DNA of 64,000 nucleotides, taken from contig CAJXBM010000002.1 in assembly GCA_913051185.1 (NCBI GenBank), positions 1,166 to 65,165 on the forward strand, in the 5' to 3' direction. Of the stretch, positions 46,466 to 57,010 are shown piece after piece (within the stretch, counting starts at the first letter, position 1; each line of letters opens with the position of its first letter). Source of the DNA: an uncultured Chloroflexota bacterium. GTDB taxonomy: Bacteria > Chloroflexota > Dehalococcoidia > UBA2979. The notes under the pieces were generated by a model, which ran no database searches, had not been told where the DNA came from, and saw only the letters and a list, made by a program, of their open reading frames with translations. A program made the translations under genes and the position numbers.

Positions 46466-47182
46466 TTAATCAAGGCTATGACTGGTCCTATTCACAGAAT
46501 TTAGTGGCCAGTATCTCAGATCAACGCGACCGACCAACATTGTTTCAGATACAGGTCCGAAAATTCTAGAATCCATTGAATTGGACCGGTTATCCCCTAG
46601 AACAAACACAAAACCATCAGGAATAACTACCGGACCCCAACTACCGGACCCTGATCGCACAACTTGAGAATCGGTCAGAATACGGCCGTCCAAATATATC
46701 ACTCCATCAATCATCATGATGCTTTGACCGCCAGTCGCTACAACTCGCTTGATAAGGTCATATCCCGTTTTACCGCCTCTGGGAAATACGACAACTTCAC
46801 CCACCTGTGGTTTTCCAAAAGAATGCTCGAATTCTGCAAACTGTGGGAGCCACGAAGTATTGATCGATTTGTATGCCAGGCGATTTACAACCAAAAATTG
46901 GCCAGACTCGAAATTCGGCTGCATAGAATCACCCATGACTACATAATTTTGCACGACCGATCGAATACAAATGAACATTATCAGAGCCAGAATTACAAGT
47001 TCAATCGCTTCAATCGACGCTCTGAGAACAACCTTCTGTCGTCTTTGTCGAGTGGTAGGCCGAGGTGTATGTGGATGCAGTCCAGGATGAGGAATTCCAT
47101 AATGCGGCAGCGAATAAATTTCCGAGGGCATCGTCTTGTTTTTCTGCTCGGCTAGTAAGAAAGAACTGTGATCCTTATTCAT
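46466..47182 (-). CDS. lepB: signal peptidase I
   Basis: 238 aa. TM anchor, catalytic Ser box GDSMQP, Lys box (IKRVVATGG), and GDNRSNSMDSR. Confidence 0.92.
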   Translation of the reverse strand: MNKDHSSFLLAEQKNKTMPSEIYSLPHYGIPHPGLHPHTPRPTTRQRRQKVVLRASIEAIELVILALIMFICIRSVVQNYVVMGDSMQPNFESGQFLVVNRLAYKSINTSWLPQFAEFEHSFGKPQVGEVVVFPRGGKTGYDLIKRVVATGGQSIMMIDGVIYLDGRILTDSQVVRSGSGSWGPVVIPDGFVFVLGDNRSNSMDSRIFGPVSETMLVGRVDLRYWPLNSVNRTSHSLD

Positions 47183-47198
47183 TTAATAATTTAGCCTC

Positions 47199-47927
47199 TT
47201 ACAAATTCTTGCGACGGCGCAGCTTCACAAATGCTATCAAACCCTTGATTATTCTATAGACCTCAACTGGATTAATTTTTTTTCGAGGCTGAGCAGCAAG
47301 GTCTGATAATTTTTTGACGAACGAATCATGAATTACAAAGCCGTGACCCGGTGCAGCTACGTCAGTGGCAGAACCAGCTAGAACACTCAGTGATTTGATA
47401 TAGAGTTCGTCATCCGCATTTAAAAACTTCAGTGGTCGTGAAAGAGTGCTTGTATGGCTAATAATCGCATCCCCCGTGAATGTAACTCCAGACTTGTCAC
47501 AAATATATGCAAGTGATCCCAATGTATGGCCAGGTAAAGACAATGCTCGCAGACCTTCAGTTAACCAAGTGACTAAACCCATTTTTCCTGGCACGACTGT
47601 CGTCACTCGACTCCCTCCGATCCAAGGCACGTTATCATCATCAAAAACACAGTCCCCCTCACCCACAGCAATCCTTGCCTGGGGAAAATATTGATGCAGA
47701 TCGCTTAGTCCGCCAATGTGATCACGATGTTTATGCGTAAGCAATATGTATGTGACATCACCTAGCCCATTCGCAATCTGAATCTCGGAGATTTCTGAAA
47801 TGATTTCTTTCGATATTCTGAAGCCGGAATCAACGATAGCTAATTCACGATTGTCAATTTCAACCGCATACACATTGCAGCCGCGAGCAGAGCGCAGCTG
47901 CCAAACACTCGAAGCTATCGGTCTCAT
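47199..47927 (-). CDS. MBL-fold metallo-hydrolase
   Basis: 242 aa. THKHRDHIGG (HxHxDH), with downstream His and Asp ligands (PGHTLGS, APGHG). Confidence 0.85.
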   Translation of the reverse strand: MRPIASSVWQLRSARGCNVYAVEIDNRELAIVDSGFRISKEIISEISEIQIANGLGDVTYILLTHKHRDHIGGLSDLHQYFPQARIAVGEGDCVFDDDNVPWIGGSRVTTVVPGKMGLVTWLTEGLRALSLPGHTLGSLAYICDKSGVTFTGDAIISHTSTLSRPLKFLNADDELYIKSLSVLAGSATDVAAPGHGFVIHDSFVKKLSDLAAQPRKKINPVEVYRIIKGLIAFVKLRRRKNL

Positions 47928-49237
47928 CAGGACGGCATATCCAGGTCCAGGTCCATTACTTTCTGAATTAGCGGTACCAACTCGCTTAATTCAACTTTGA
48001 CATTACCTATATTGCCTTCAGATTCTCGAAGATACTTTACCGTAACCTTACCCTCCGCAGCCTCAGAGTCCCCAGCTAATATTGCGATGCCTGCATCGCT
48101 TGAGTTTGCTGCCCTCATCAACGCTTTCACAGATCTACCTGATTCGCCCGATCGTACAGACACGCCTAATTTTCTTATGTCATTCGTAATCCCAAGCAAC
48201 ATTTCGTGGCCTAGTTCACTGACTGGAATAATGAAAATATCCGGTTTTGGAATGGACTCCTCGACCAAGTTTTGCTCAACCATATTGAGAATTATTCTCT
48301 CTATTCCAGTCGCAAATCCAACTCCTGGCGTAGGGTCCCCTCCCAGTTGCTCCAAGAGGCCATCATATCTGCCTCCCCCACCTATTGTGGACTGCCCACC
48401 ACCACTTTCGGGCTCGAATTCCCAAACCGTATGAGTGTAATAATCTAATCCTCTCACAATGGAATTATCAATCACGTATTCAATTCCCAAGGAATCAAGA
48501 TCTCTTAAAACAGAGGAAAAATGCTTTGTTTCGTCGTCATCTAAATAATCTAATATTTTTGGTGCATCCGCGATAATCGCCTGATCTGTCTCCAACTTGC
48601 TGTCCAAAATACGCAATGGATTAGTAACAAGCCGAGCTTGCGATTCAGGCGAGAGTTTTTCACGATATTCTTGCAGATAATCACTAAATGCCGTGATAAA
48701 TCTTCCACGCGTCGCCCCTGTTCCGATAGAGTTTATAGAGAGTCGCAGGCCCTTTAGGCCCAAAGCTTGATACAGGTTACTCTGTAGATTAATCACCTCT
48801 GAATCTAATGATGGACTTTTCGAACCTATAGCTTCCACTCCGAATTGGGTAAGCTGCCGGTACCTACCTGCTTGAGGTCGATCGTATCTAAAAAAAGATC
48901 CAAAGTAACAAAGTCGTACTGGTTGTGCCTGAGATTTCATTCCATGCTCGATATAGGCACGCCCTACACCAGCTGTATTTTCTGGGCGTAAGGCTAGAGG
49001 CTCTCCTCCACGGTCTTCAAAGACATACATCTCCTTCTGCAACAAGTCTGACTCTTCACCGACAGTCCGTGAAAATACACCAATATCCTCTACTATTGGC
49101 GTTGTGATTTCATGATAATCAAAAGTTCTAGCCACCTCAAAACAGGCGTCACGTATCTTTTTCATGACATGTGAATCTTTTGGCAAGATATCTCGCATAC
49201 CGCGAGGAGCCTGCAATCTCTTTTTATCTGACACCAT
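47927..49237 (-). CDS. hisS: histidine--tRNA ligase (ORF extends to 49294; ATG 49237 preferred)
   Basis: PRGMRDILP, the class II motifs (FRYDRPQAGRYRQLTQFGVE, GGGRYDGL), and a C-terminal anticodon-binding domain. Confidence 0.94.
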   Translation of the reverse strand: MVSDKKRLQAPRGMRDILPKDSHVMKKIRDACFEVARTFDYHEITTPIVEDIGVFSRTVGEESDLLQKEMYVFEDRGGEPLALRPENTAGVGRAYIEHGMKSQAQPVRLCYFGSFFRYDRPQAGRYRQLTQFGVEAIGSKSPSLDSEVINLQSNLYQALGLKGLRLSINSIGTGATRGRFITAFSDYLQEYREKLSPESQARLVTNPLRILDSKLETDQAIIADAPKILDYLDDDETKHFSSVLRDLDSLGIEYVIDNSIVRGLDYYTHTVWEFEPESGGGQSTIGGGGRYDGLLEQLGGDPTPGVGFATGIERIILNMVEQNLVEESIPKPDIFIIPVSELGHEMLLGITNDIRKLGVSVRSGESGRSVKALMRAANSSDAGIAILAGDSEAAEGKVTVKYLRESEGNIGNVKVELSELVPLIQKVMDLDLDMPS

Positions 49238-49370
49238 GATTAACCTGTCCATAAACTGCTCTATACACCTAAATCCTAACTTGTTCGTCAGCAAGGCTCA
49301 TCTGTAATTGAATTTCTTGCCTTAAACACTCACTATTTAGATATACTTTAGTTTTGAAAGAGATGATTGA

Positions 49371-51626
49371 ATGACCACATCCAGCCAATGGACAAAACGA
49401 GTAGTCGATGACGATCTACAGATTTTTCGCTCTCAATCCGAACCTGACCCCACGGAAGGCATACAGGTTCTACTAAGAGAGGCCTCCACGTATTTAGCTG
49501 CGGACAAAATTAAATTACTCCAGGACACCTTCGTATTTGCCGCCGAGGCCCACAAAGGCCAAATGCGTCTTACCGGTGACAAATATATAACTCACCCTAT
49601 AGCGGTCGCGAGAGTGCTAGCAAATTTGAAAATGGATTTATCTACCTTACAGGCTGCGCTGTTACATGATGTTGTCGAAGATTGTGATGTTCCCCTCGAA
49701 CTCATTGAGGAGCGATTCAGCCAAGATGTCCGAATGCTTGTGGATGGAGCTACAAAAGTAAATGAGATTCAGAATCGGATTACAAATCCCATGCTGAATG
49801 AAGAAGGCAAAATCCATCTCGAATGGGAAACCGTTAGAAAGTTATTAACCGCAACAGCGGAAGACATCCGAGTAGTGATACTGAAATTAGCTGATCGCCT
49901 ACACAATATGGAGACTGTGCACGTTCTTCCGGAGCCACGACGTCTGGCCATGTCACTGGAAACTCGCGATATTTATGCCCCGCTGGCAGAGCGTCTAGGA
50001 ATGTGGCGGATTCGATGGAGACTAGAAGATTTAGCATTTCGCTGGCTCAATCCGAAAGAGTATTCAGAAATTGCCATGATTTTAGATACGCGGCGAAGTG
50101 AGAGAGAAGCCTCGTTGGACCGCCTTACTGACGAAGTGGCTCATATTCTCGAAAATCACGAAATCAAATCTGAAGTGTCGGGTAGAGTGAAAAACCTATT
50201 CTCAATTTACGAAAAAAGAAACAGATACGAGGCAAGCGGGAAGCATTTTGATGACATCAACGATCTCTTGGCAATTCGAATTGTCGTTGAAAATATCGCT
50301 GATTGTTATCGTGTGTTAGGCGTAATACATGGCAATTGGCAGCCGGTGCCAGGTACATTTGATGACTACATAGCGTCTCCCCGCCGATCTGGTTACCAAA
50401 GCCTTCACACCTCAGTAGCGGAACCGGATACGAGTCCATTTGAAATTCAAATTCGAACTACCGAGATGAATGAGGCTGCAGAGTTTGGAGTTGCGGCACA
50501 TGCGGGATACAAGGGCTTAACTGACCCTAAACATGATTCCGACTGGTCGTGGATAAGAAGATTATTGACCTTCCAGCAGGAACATCCGTCTGACGACTAC
50601 TTCGAAGCATTGAAAACTGACTTTCTTTCAGATCAGGTATATGTCTCGACACCCAAGGGCGAACTTTTTGAGCTACCGGCAGGGGCCACCCCACTCGACT
50701 TTGCTTACCGAATTCACACAGATTTAGGTCATTCGTGCTCTGGAGCGCGCGTAAATGGTCATATAGTTCCTTTGACGTCAGATCTAAAAAATGGCGATCG
50801 CATAGAAATTCTGAGAAATAGGCAAGGCAAAGGCCCCTCACGTGACTGGCTGGACTCGACCAAGCATTTTATCACCACATCCCATGCCAAGCAGAAGGTC
50901 AGACAGTGGTTCCGTCAGCAAAGCAAGGCCGAAAATAGCGAATATGGAAGCAGTATCATGGACCGCGCTAAGCGAAGACTTGGACTAGACGCAAAAGACA
51001 TCACGGTCGATTTTCATAAAGCATTGGGCTATGTGTCTCAAGACGATATGTTCGCAGCTCTCGGCGCCGGCACGCTTTCACAAGACCGATTAAATAGCCG
51101 ACTAGCAAATCTAATTAACTCAAAACTCAGAAAAGTATCCGGGAGCACCATCCCAATCGCCGAATTCCAGTCCAGTGCTAAGTCCATTGATGCGGGCATA
51201 CGTGTGCTGGGTGCAAGTGGAATAGCTGTAAACGTTGCAAAATGCTGTTCCCCACTCCCGGGAGACATAATTGTCGGCTACATAACACATTCCAGAGGTG
51301 TAACAGTGCACAGAACTAAATGTCGCAATCTTGCATCTCGTGCAGATTCTGCTCGACTAGTTGACTGTGATTGGGCAAACTCCGAGCAGATGTATGCTGC
51401 TCGAATCGTGGCTGAGGCATGGGACAGGCCAGGATTGATCAGTGATCTCACGACAGTGTTAGCTCTTGCAAGTATTAATCTGGGCGAGATTAGTAGCGGT
51501 AAACATCAAGACAGAAAAGTTTTTATCTCGCTAACTCTTGAGACCATAGGGGGAGAAGAATTTACAGCAATCCTATCAAGGCTAGAACAGGTGCGAGGAA
51601 TCATAACCATTCAACGCAAAGACTAA
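49371..51626 (+). CDS. rel: bifunctional (p)ppGpp synthetase/hydrolase, RelA/SpoT family
   Basis: 751 aa. HD hydrolase domain (HPIAVARVL...LLHDVVEDC), synthetase domain (RVKNLFSIYEK, GYQSLHT, EIQIRT), TGS (VYVSTPKGELFELPAGATPLDFAY) and a C-terminal ACT-like domain. Confidence 0.95.
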   Translation: MTTSSQWTKRVVDDDLQIFRSQSEPDPTEGIQVLLREASTYLAADKIKLLQDTFVFAAEAHKGQMRLTGDKYITHPIAVARVLANLKMDLSTLQAALLHDVVEDCDVPLELIEERFSQDVRMLVDGATKVNEIQNRITNPMLNEEGKIHLEWETVRKLLTATAEDIRVVILKLADRLHNMETVHVLPEPRRLAMSLETRDIYAPLAERLGMWRIRWRLEDLAFRWLNPKEYSEIAMILDTRRSEREASLDRLTDEVAHILENHEIKSEVSGRVKNLFSIYEKRNRYEASGKHFDDINDLLAIRIVVENIADCYRVLGVIHGNWQPVPGTFDDYIASPRRSGYQSLHTSVAEPDTSPFEIQIRTTEMNEAAEFGVAAHAGYKGLTDPKHDSDWSWIRRLLTFQQEHPSDDYFEALKTDFLSDQVYVSTPKGELFELPAGATPLDFAYRIHTDLGHSCSGARVNGHIVPLTSDLKNGDRIEILRNRQGKGPSRDWLDSTKHFITTSHAKQKVRQWFRQQSKAENSEYGSSIMDRAKRRLGLDAKDITVDFHKALGYVSQDDMFAALGAGTLSQDRLNSRLANLINSKLRKVSGSTIPIAEFQSSAKSIDAGIRVLGASGIAVNVAKCCSPLPGDIIVGYITHSRGVTVHRTKCRNLASRADSARLVDCDWANSEQMYAARIVAEAWDRPGLISDLTTVLALASINLGEISSGKHQDRKVFISLTLETIGGEEFTAILSRLEQVRGIITIQRKD

Positions 51627-52354
51627 TTAATCCAGCGCGTAATTGATTCCGGTCGGCCATCAGACTCTGGTTTTCGAATTTTTAGATACAAATGAGACAA
51701 CCCAAACATCAAAAAAATCAATATACTCGTGGCACCTGCAAGTCGAACCGTCGCCCAATACCAAAAATCTCTGGGATACATCTGCAAAAGCCGATCGGTC
51801 GACTCGTTTAATATCCAGAGATCATTCGTGAACATCAACTCATGAAATTTGTAGAAAGCCGAATCAAAACCGGTGAATATTAGACCAGCTAAAATTGCAA
51901 ATAGCCCTATACCTGTCAAACTCGCGGCTCGCACATCCGCAGCAATTTTTAGCAGCGGATCATCACGAAATCTGATAAATGAAATAGCCAAACTGCTAAG
52001 GATGAATATGAATAGAGCATCATGAATCTTCCAAAATAGTTGCATCAGATTTCGTACATCAATCATATGATTGACTTCTCTATCATTGAATATACTCATC
52101 GATATACCCTCATTAGTAACAACGCTAATCCAGAGTGGGGCATCAGAAAAACCTAATAAATAATTGCGTATTTCCTGATTCACTGCGGTTAGTTGTTCAA
52201 GAGACACACCGGTCACAAGTTCGGCCTGCCCTTGGAGCAAAGCATGTTCATAAGTTGACTCACTCAGTACTAAAAAACGGGTTACTGACAGCAGGCAAAA
52301 TAGAGGCACAGCCAGAATAAACACCAATAACAAAATTTTATTAAATGCTTCCAC
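51623..52354 (-). CDS. integral membrane protein (TIGR01906/DUF1461-like)
   Basis: 243 aa with an N-terminal TM, a soluble loop, then three or more TM helices. FHELMFTNDLW is reminiscent of the DUF1461 family. Function unknown. Confidence 0.5.
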   Translation of the reverse strand: MEAFNKILLLVFILAVPLFCLLSVTRFLVLSESTYEHALLQGQAELVTGVSLEQLTAVNQEIRNYLLGFSDAPLWISVVTNEGISMSIFNDREVNHMIDVRNLMQLFWKIHDALFIFILSSLAISFIRFRDDPLLKIAADVRAASLTGIGLFAILAGLIFTGFDSAFYKFHELMFTNDLWILNESTDRLLQMYPRDFWYWATVRLAGATSILIFLMFGLSHLYLKIRKPESDGRPESITRWIN

Positions 52355-52390
52355 AGTATTAGTTTACATAATCATGAGATACTTGCAGTC

Positions 52391-53419
52391 ATGACTGATA
52401 CCCAAATATCTGTAGATCAACTCTGTCAAGCGCTCGATATCCAGCCAGTACAACTCCAGATATTTAATCCTGCCCATCCAGATTTTCAGGCTCAGCGTGA
52501 ACTGCTTATTCTAAGCAGTGAATTTGACGATGCTAGAGAGATTATTGAAAGGCGTTATCATCCTACTGCTGCGGCAAAGGTTGTTTTACCGAATTCTGAA
52601 ATACTTGCCTGCACTCGCGACTCTTTACCCTCTTTGGCACTAGCTTGGTTTTTATTACCCTTAAAACCTGAAGAAGATACATATTCTCTGGATGGCTTCC
52701 GCAGAGTAATTGAGTTTCTTTTTTCGCCAGACGGATGCCCATGGGATAACAAGCAAACTGCAAATACATTAAAAAAATATCTGCTAGAAGAAACTTATGA
52801 ATTAGTAGATGCCATTGAAAAGAATGACCGTGACTCAACGCTCGAGGAGATAGGTGATGTTCTTGCACATATGTTCATGCAGACGTCTGTTGCAGAGAAA
52901 AATCAGCAGTTTAGTCTTGAAGATGTGGTCAATTATGCAAATCAAAAATATGTGCGGCGTCATCCACACGTATTTTTAGATAACACATTAAGCCGCACCG
53001 AAGAATCATTAAAAAACTCTTGGGAAGAAATCAAGGCCGCTGAAAGGAAAGAAAAAGAGTTTACGCGGACAGTTTCCGAAGGTGCCCTCCAGTCCATACC
53101 TGACGCTATGCCTGCGCTAAGTCGTGCGCAACTAACCATTCGCAGATCTCGCAAAGCGGGAGCCTTAATCCCGGAAGTAGAAAAGTCCATCCAGCACAGT
53201 GAAACAATCTCAACTCTTCTACTCAAATCTGTGATTTTAGCTGAGGAATCTAATCTTGATGCTGAGGAATTACTCAGACAAATCGTCTCGAACTACGCAG
53301 CAGAATTCCAGCGAATCGAGATCGACACAGACCGAAATATCGCAAATGCACCGGATACAACGAGAGTCCTGCCATGGCTGAAAGTTATGACAGCTGCAGA
53401 TGAAAATGTGCAAGATTAG
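52391..53419 (+). CDS. mazG: MazG nucleoside-triphosphate pyrophosphohydrolase with ~110-aa N-terminal extra region
   Basis: GCPWDNKQT...LLEETYELVDAIE...EEIGDVLAHM (the EExxE/D motif), followed by a second, degenerate MazG-like half. Confidence 0.85.
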   Translation: MTDTQISVDQLCQALDIQPVQLQIFNPAHPDFQAQRELLILSSEFDDAREIIERRYHPTAAAKVVLPNSEILACTRDSLPSLALAWFLLPLKPEEDTYSLDGFRRVIEFLFSPDGCPWDNKQTANTLKKYLLEETYELVDAIEKNDRDSTLEEIGDVLAHMFMQTSVAEKNQQFSLEDVVNYANQKYVRRHPHVFLDNTLSRTEESLKNSWEEIKAAERKEKEFTRTVSEGALQSIPDAMPALSRAQLTIRRSRKAGALIPEVEKSIQHSETISTLLLKSVILAEESNLDAEELLRQIVSNYAAEFQRIEIDTDRNIANAPDTTRVLPWLKVMTAADENVQD

Positions 53420-53462
53420 CGATAATCCGATAAACTCTTCAGACTAATCAAAAGGAGAATTT

Positions 53463-54077
53463 ATGAGCGCAGCCTCTACTTTAACAAGAAATGAACATAC
53501 ACCTGAAAATTCAGTTGTTACTACTGAGCGATTCAGTCAAGGATTCAGCTCATTCCAAGAGTGGATGGATGCAATTGAATTGAATAAAGAAAAATTTCAA
53601 ATGCACTACGACGAATGGACACACAGCCCAGAAGATATAAATGTCCTGAAGGCATACGTAGAATCACATGGGATTAAAGCCTTATGCATCGGAGAAGATT
53701 GGTGCCCCGACGTTTGGAGAGGGCTTCCGGTGATGGCACGCATCTCAGAATTAACCGGTATGGAAGTCCGACTATTCATTCGTGATGATAATTCAGACAT
53801 CATGGAGGAATTCTTGAAAGATGGAGAATTTGAGTCAATCCCCGTTGTGGTGCTCTATGACAGTGATCACAATTATTTGGGACACTGGATTGAACGTGCG
53901 GATCAGGCAAATGCTGAAATGCAGCCACTTCTTAGTATGTTGCATGGAAAAGAACGAGGGTCCGATGAGTGGCAAGAGGCCAGAAACAACTATCTAAACA
54001 AAACCGTTGAACTCGCACAAGGTTGGCGAGATGCTCAACTAAGCGAATTGAACGCGATATTAGATGAGGTATTGTAG
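53463..54077 (+). CDS. thioredoxin-fold protein (single-Cys WCPD motif)
   Basis: 204 aa. IGEDWCPDVW sits where thioredoxin-like proteins carry WC..C, and the second Cys is replaced by Val. AAAGGAG RBS upstream. Confidence 0.5.
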   Translation: MSAASTLTRNEHTPENSVVTTERFSQGFSSFQEWMDAIELNKEKFQMHYDEWTHSPEDINVLKAYVESHGIKALCIGEDWCPDVWRGLPVMARISELTGMEVRLFIRDDNSDIMEEFLKDGEFESIPVVVLYDSDHNYLGHWIERADQANAEMQPLLSMLHGKERGSDEWQEARNNYLNKTVELAQGWRDAQLSELNAILDEVL

Positions 54078-54107
54078 AAAATAAATTCAATTCCTGATTA
54101 AAGGTTA

Positions 54108-54578
54108 CTAACTCGTCACATTAGTGCCGCAGGTTGCGCATGCATTCCAAGAGAAGTCCAGAAACGAATCACATAGGGGATTTAGACACTTCTTTTTAAG
54201 CTCTGTCTGACAGAATGGACAAAATCGCCAGTCACTATTTATTAGTCGATTACAGTCTGGACAAGAAATATCAAAGTTCAGATCGGCCAAAATAGCCTCC
54301 CGAGTAAGACTAGATTCGTACTCGTCTAGCAGACTGCGGCTAGGCCTCAAAACGAAGTAAATAGGAAGCCCGAGAAAAGGACAAATAATCGACCAAATTA
54401 TGGCAGAGATACGGGCCAGTAAATCTCTTGTTCGTGACGAAATATCTCTGTATACCCAGACGATAACGGCGAGCCAGAGTAGCAGACCATATGCCGCAAA
54501 CAGCATTCCCACAATCTGGAGAGTCGACGCAAGATTAGTAGTACTTGCTATTTGCAAAAATGGAAAATAAGCACCCAT
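54108..54578 (-). CDS. PLDc_N-like membrane domain plus double zinc-ribbon protein
   Basis: 156 aa. WVYRDISSR...W...CPFLGLPIYFVLRP matches the PLD-nuclease-N-type small membrane domain. The C-terminus is CPDC...CPFC...C...C..C. Confidence 0.6.
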   Translation of the reverse strand: MGAYFPFLQIASTTNLASTLQIVGMLFAAYGLLLWLAVIVWVYRDISSRTRDLLARISAIIWSIICPFLGLPIYFVLRPSRSLLDEYESSLTREAILADLNFDISCPDCNRLINSDWRFCPFCQTELKKKCLNPLCDSFLDFSWNACATCGTNVTS

Positions 54579-54717
54579 AAGATAACCTTCTTCAACCGAG
54601 TTATGATTTATCCTTGTGATACGTAACTCTAGCTACACCAAACAAGACTACCAAATAGTATCGCGTTCAACTGATACTAGTTAGCTGAAGTCTGGTTTAC
54701 AAGTAAGGCTCTGCCAT

Positions 54718-56988
54718 ATGAACCCGACAGAAAATATGAATAACAGGCGATATCACGCACTTAATCAATCTCAGAAAGAGGCAGTATCCCATCGGCATGG
54801 TCCGGCATTAATCATCGCAGGTCCTGGAAGCGGTAAGACGCGAGTCATCACCGAACGTATAGCGAACCTCATTCAAGAAGACAATGTCCGACCATGGAAC
54901 ATCCTCGCTATCACTTTCACTAACAAGGCTGCCAAAGAAATGCAAAATCGGGTAAATGAAATACTTGGAGATGAGTCAAGGGGTTTGGCTATAGGAACCT
55001 TCCACTCGATGTGTGCCCGTATATTACGACAATCTGGAGAACCACTTGGAATAGCCTCCGACTTCGTCATTTATGACACCGATGATACAGAATCCTTAGT
55101 TAAATCCATCATGAAGGAATTAAACACCTCAGATCGCTTTAAACCTCGGCAGATTCGCAATCGTATTTCAACCCTAAAAACAATGGAACGTACCCAAGGC
55201 TCCCGTTTGGGACACCAAGGTGAGAGCTATCTTGATGACCTGTCTATAAACGTCAAAAATATTTATGATGCTCGATTACGGCGAGCGAATGCTGTTGATT
55301 TTGACGACTTACTCAATCTTACCCATACTTTGCTGACTGAATTTGGGGACTCAGCTTCCCTCATTTTAAATCGTTTCGAACACGTACTTGTTGATGAATT
55401 TCAAGATACTAACCTCGTGCAATATGAAATTGCACGAGCTCTAGCGCAAAAATCACGAAATCTTGTGGTAGTTGGAGATGATGACCAATCAATTTATTCG
55501 TGGAGAGCAGCTGATATTGAAAATTTTCATCGTTTGATCACAGATTTTCCTGAAGCTAAAACCATTAACCTTGATCAAAATTATCGATCTACAGGTCATA
55601 TTCTAGAAGCTGCTCAAGTGATAATTAACAAAAACTCCGGACGAACTGAAAAAAATCTATGGACAGATAATTCCCAAGGAGTACCTGTTCAACTTTTAAC
55701 TAGCAGTACTGCGGATGAAGAAGCATGGTTCGTAGCTAATGAAATCAGAAAACACCAAGATTCTTCTAATATGCAGGAAAATGGATTTGGTGTCCTTTAT
55801 AGAACGAATGCACAAAGCCGAGCTATTGAAGATGCGCTCATTTCGAACGGAATACCTTATCGCCTTGTCGGTGGAACACGTTTCTATGATCGTAAAGAAA
55901 TAAAAGATATAGTGGCGTATTTACGACTCATCCAAAATGAGCACGATATTATCGCTTTCCAACGGGTCGTAAATACACCTGCCCGAGGCATAGGGAACAA
56001 GACGCTTAGTACAATTTTACAAACTGCGATAGATACCGGTACATCCCCAGTTGCAATTGCCGTCAAACTCGTCAGTGAAGACACTATTGCAGGAATACCA
56101 AATATAACTAGCAGAGCCAAAAAAGCAATTCAGCTTTTCACCTCAGTCTATGAACATTTGGCTTCACTAAGGGATACGAAAAATGTACCCCAACTGATTG
56201 ACGCCGTTGTAACCGAAACTGGATTTAGAGCGTACCTCAACACTTTAGATAAAGATCAGCCGGATCGATCTGATAGTCGATGGGAAAACATCGAGGAATT
56301 TAGAAATGTTGCTGCTCAATACAATGAGCTCGAGGAGGAGACCTCACTCCATCTCTTTTTAGAGCAAGTGGCTTTGGTGTCTGACGTAGATCAACCTGAA
56401 AGTAACGAGACTGTAAATGTTACTCTGACCACGCTGCACTCTGCCAAAGGGTTGGAGTTCTCTGTAGTATTTTTGATAGGGATGGAAGAGGGCTTGCTAC
56501 CCCATCAAAGGTCCTTCGACGATGAGCAAATGATGGAAGAAGAAAGACGTCTTTGCTACGTGGGCATTACACGGGCTCGAGAGCAACTTTATCTTACGCA
56601 AAGCCTAACTCGATATTTGTACGGGCGCAGTACCAGCGGCTCAACCTCTCGCTATCTGAAAGATCTACAAAATGCAGGCCTTGAAACAGCGCAAACTGCG
56701 TCCGCGCAATCCGTCACAAATTCACGCTCATACAATTCCGCTTATCCTCGAAAGAAATACAATCTCGGAAGCGGCCTTCGAGAGTCTGAACTAGACACTG
56801 AAAAATCGCGTCATAGTGACATCGAACCTTTTAAAGCAGGCGACAAGGTTCGACACGGAAGATTTGGAATAGGGACCGTCATTAACATTAAACAAGATGG
56901 AGCTGACTGGGAAATTCAAGTTGCTTTTGAGTCGCAAGGCGTCCGAAAACTGTATCAGTCCTTCGCGCAATTAAGTCTACAAAATTAG
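54718..56988 (+). CDS. pcrA: ATP-dependent DNA helicase PcrA/UvrD (SF1A)
   Basis: 756 aa. Motif I AGPGSGKT, Ia TFTNKAA, II VDEFQDTN, III VGDDDQSIYSWRAA, V TLHSAKGLEF, VI RRLCYVGITRA. The C-terminal Tudor-like tail contains GDKVRH.RFG.G. Confidence 0.93.
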   Translation: MNPTENMNNRRYHALNQSQKEAVSHRHGPALIIAGPGSGKTRVITERIANLIQEDNVRPWNILAITFTNKAAKEMQNRVNEILGDESRGLAIGTFHSMCARILRQSGEPLGIASDFVIYDTDDTESLVKSIMKELNTSDRFKPRQIRNRISTLKTMERTQGSRLGHQGESYLDDLSINVKNIYDARLRRANAVDFDDLLNLTHTLLTEFGDSASLILNRFEHVLVDEFQDTNLVQYEIARALAQKSRNLVVVGDDDQSIYSWRAADIENFHRLITDFPEAKTINLDQNYRSTGHILEAAQVIINKNSGRTEKNLWTDNSQGVPVQLLTSSTADEEAWFVANEIRKHQDSSNMQENGFGVLYRTNAQSRAIEDALISNGIPYRLVGGTRFYDRKEIKDIVAYLRLIQNEHDIIAFQRVVNTPARGIGNKTLSTILQTAIDTGTSPVAIAVKLVSEDTIAGIPNITSRAKKAIQLFTSVYEHLASLRDTKNVPQLIDAVVTETGFRAYLNTLDKDQPDRSDSRWENIEEFRNVAAQYNELEEETSLHLFLEQVALVSDVDQPESNETVNVTLTTLHSAKGLEFSVVFLIGMEEGLLPHQRSFDDEQMMEEERRLCYVGITRAREQLYLTQSLTRYLYGRSTSGSTSRYLKDLQNAGLETAQTASAQSVTNSRSYNSAYPRKKYNLGSGLRESELDTEKSRHSDIEPFKAGDKVRHGRFGIGTVINIKQDGADWEIQVAFESQGVRKLYQSFAQLSLQN

Positions 56989-57010
56989 GTGGTGCATCGG
57001 GACAATAAAT

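Noticed and set aside
49238-49370. T-box leader upstream of hisS.
   Set aside because: Only ~130 nt is shared with the divergent rel promoter. I saw no specifier or antiterminator T-box sequence.
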